A DNA stretch of 8,836 nucleotides from positions 1 to 8,836 of the forward strand of contig JBHGNT010001414.1 of the NCBI GenBank assembly GCA_043228905.1. Direction: 5' to 3'. The translations under genes were made by a program, and so were the position numbers. The notes below the pieces were generated by a model. That model saw only the letters and a program-made list of their open reading frames with translations, was not told the origin of the DNA and ran no database searches. Positions 6,646-8,836 of the stretch are shown here, in pieces (position 1 is the first letter of the stretch; each line of letters begins with the position of its first letter). The stretch is from Azolla caroliniana. Lineage: Eukaryota; Plantae; Polypodiophyta.

Positions 6646-7040
6646 TGCAAGAAATGTAGTTGAATTCCATTAATCCTCGTAGGTCCCATCCGTAGCAACT
6701 TCATCACCATATCACCATATCATCAACCGTAAACTCAACATAATAACATCCTTTGCCTAGGAATTGAATATCCACAATCCAAGGGAGATCTTCTTGGAAT
6801 CATGCATGCATCAAGTGAGGCAACTCCCCACAACTAGGATGGCCTTCTAATTACATGTACTACCACCAATAGCTGACACAAATGGTCTATTTCGGCCTGC
6901 ACCTCCATAGGCAAGGTTACTTTGATGACTAGATCTGCGACAGGATGAATAACGAAGGGGAGTTCCCCAGAATCCCTTCTTGAGGTCATCAGGGCCATTG
7001 TCTCAGCCATCGTCTCTATGTTTTTCTCTAATACAATCAT
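6646..7040 (-). pseudogene. Decayed plant LINE (L1-type) ORF1 fragment, DUF4283-like
   Basis: Across two frameshifts it reads EVQAEIDHLCQLLVVVHVI / GHPSCGELPHLMHA*FQEDLPWIVDIQFLGKGCYYVEF / VMKLLRMGPTRINGIQLHFL. This fits my recollection of the DUF4283 pattern (i..lG.G...v.F...l..gP..i.g..l.l..W). The 5' boundary is uncertain and no search was run. Confidence 0.6.
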
Positions 7041-7342
7041 AGAATTACTGAATCAAGTCTCTAACTAATTTCATGGCTCTCAAGAGGACAAAATGTGAAT
7101 GAATCCAAACACAAGTTTGAATTATATATGTCATAGGAAGTCAACTCTATGTCGATTTCTTCATAGGTTTTCCTTATTGCCAATTCACCTTTTTTTCTTC
7201 TAGATGCCCACTAGCAACTCACGCCGACTTCAAGTGTTGTTCGCCTCCAATTCTTTTAACTCCCTCGTCGGCTCACCACCAACCAACTCACACTAACTAC
7301 AATGTGCATGATGACTTAGAAACTTGTCGAACCTCGATTCAA

Positions 7343-8071
7343 TCATGTCTCATAGCCTTTGCCTTTTAATGATCTGCCCACAACGTTGAACATAGTTTCA
7401 GATGAGCCACAAGAAGAGAAGTTATGTTGTTGATTCGCCAAATTACTTGTTTTTGAATAGTGAACAAGTTGGGTTTTAACCTTTTCCTAAAAGTGTGGTT
7501 CCAAACCATGTTTTGTAATGTTACTTTAGTACTTTTCCATACAAATAATGATTTTGGACATTCCATCATACACGACTCGCAATTTAGTCCTTTGACGAGC
7601 ACCCTTGGCCTTCATGATGTTGGTTTCTACACAAAAAAAATTCATGTCAAATGCTAAATTTTCAAAAGTTATTAAACCTAGGAAATATTTCACACCTTTT
7701 CCCGAATTGTATTTGTAAATATGCAACAATAGGTATGGTTTTCAATCATGGTTATTATAGTTCACCAAATGTCTCTTATACGATGTTTCCATGCCTCGCC
7801 ACTTCATACATTGTCCAATTTACTCATGTGATTCGGTGCCAACTTTCTTAGATTTAGCAAGTTGTTACCTTACATTGAAGCAATCAACATTGGTGCAATT
7901 CACACAACCTAACATAATATCAAAGGTGGAAGTGGTTTTCTCTTTTGAGTTATTGAGGAATCCAACATGTATGTTAAGACATTGTTGCAATGGTTGTGCA
8001 AATTGTTTGGTGATCAAGGTCATAAGTTTGATACATTTATGTAGTATGGAGTAAAGACCTTGTCTCGATAG
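7343..8071 (-). pseudogene. Decayed reading frame of unknown identity (probably transposon-derived)
   Basis: 243 codons in one frame, including track ORF 7526..7729, with only 5 internal stops in AT-rich DNA. I recognise no motif. Confidence 0.4.
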
Positions 8072-8836
8072 TCATAAAGCTTGCAATTAGGGCAATCAAA
8101 ATTGTCACCGTTTTTGAGTTCTCATGAATGGAGGTTCATGGAAAGCCCTAATTGGGTCAAATATATATACCTTTATTGATAACCATCTTGAACATTTACC
8201 TTACTTTCTAAATCAAGTCCAATAGCCTGCATAAATGGTTGACAAATATCAAACATTTTAATGTATTAATAATTCAAGTTTGATATAATCGATGGAGGTT
8301 TTGGAAGGATGCATATTGTCGTTTATCTTTGTAATAGCATCTCTATCAATGCATTGAAAATAATTAATATGAAAGGCAATATGAACTTTGTTGTGTAAAG
8401 GTGAATTTGTGTATGGCACTTCCCAATTTCATTTTATAATGATAAATAGAACAAATTATCATGTTGAGAACTTAGTAACCTTGACTCACATAATCACCAA
8501 CAAGGAACCTTAACAATGATTTTTTTCACTTTCTTCAAAGGCAACAACTTGCTGATGCACGTTTACATAATTTTTTATTCTACTATCGAGACTCATATAT
8601 GGTGACATGTGACATGTACAACAAATGAGGATGATCTAAAGTAGAATACAACAAAATTCCTCATCAAATGCATCTAGAATTGACGATCAAGGTTGAAACC
8701 CATCCTTAATTTGAATGGCTTAAGAAACATGTGTTGCACCATTGTATAGAACTCTATAGGAATTAATGATCATCTTGGTTGGTTTGTTTACTTAGTGACA
8801 CCATCCACTCACCACTGCTACCAAACAAAGTCATGA

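Overview
Eukaryotic, land-plant-like repetitive DNA made almost entirely of stacked retroelements; I recognise no host gene. The plant-type tRNA-iMet PBS and the Tcn1-like chromoviruses suggest a fern, lycophyte or bryophyte (inference). (1) 1-4666 (-): an apparently young Ty1/copia element (Tnt1/Tork-like) with a 5' LTR, PBS and one Gag-PR-IN-RT-RH frame of at least 1227 codons that runs off the left edge, which is why the ORF track omits it. (2) 4667-5564 (+): the 3' end of a Ty3/gypsy chromovirus (integrase tail, chromodomain, PPT, 3' LTR) that the copia interrupted. (3) 5565-6645 (-): an older gypsy RNase H-integrase remnant that the chromovirus interrupted. (4) 6646-7040 (-): a decayed LINE ORF1 (DUF4283-like) fragment. 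(5) An AT-rich tail with a decayed, unidentified reading frame. I cannot claim a new biological system. The most notable part is the chromovirus LTR, which stacks an antisense tRNA-like A/B-box segment, a phased heat-shock-element array just upstream of the TATA box and a (TC)28 tract. Next to it is an exact in-frame 48-bp duplication inside the chromodomain.
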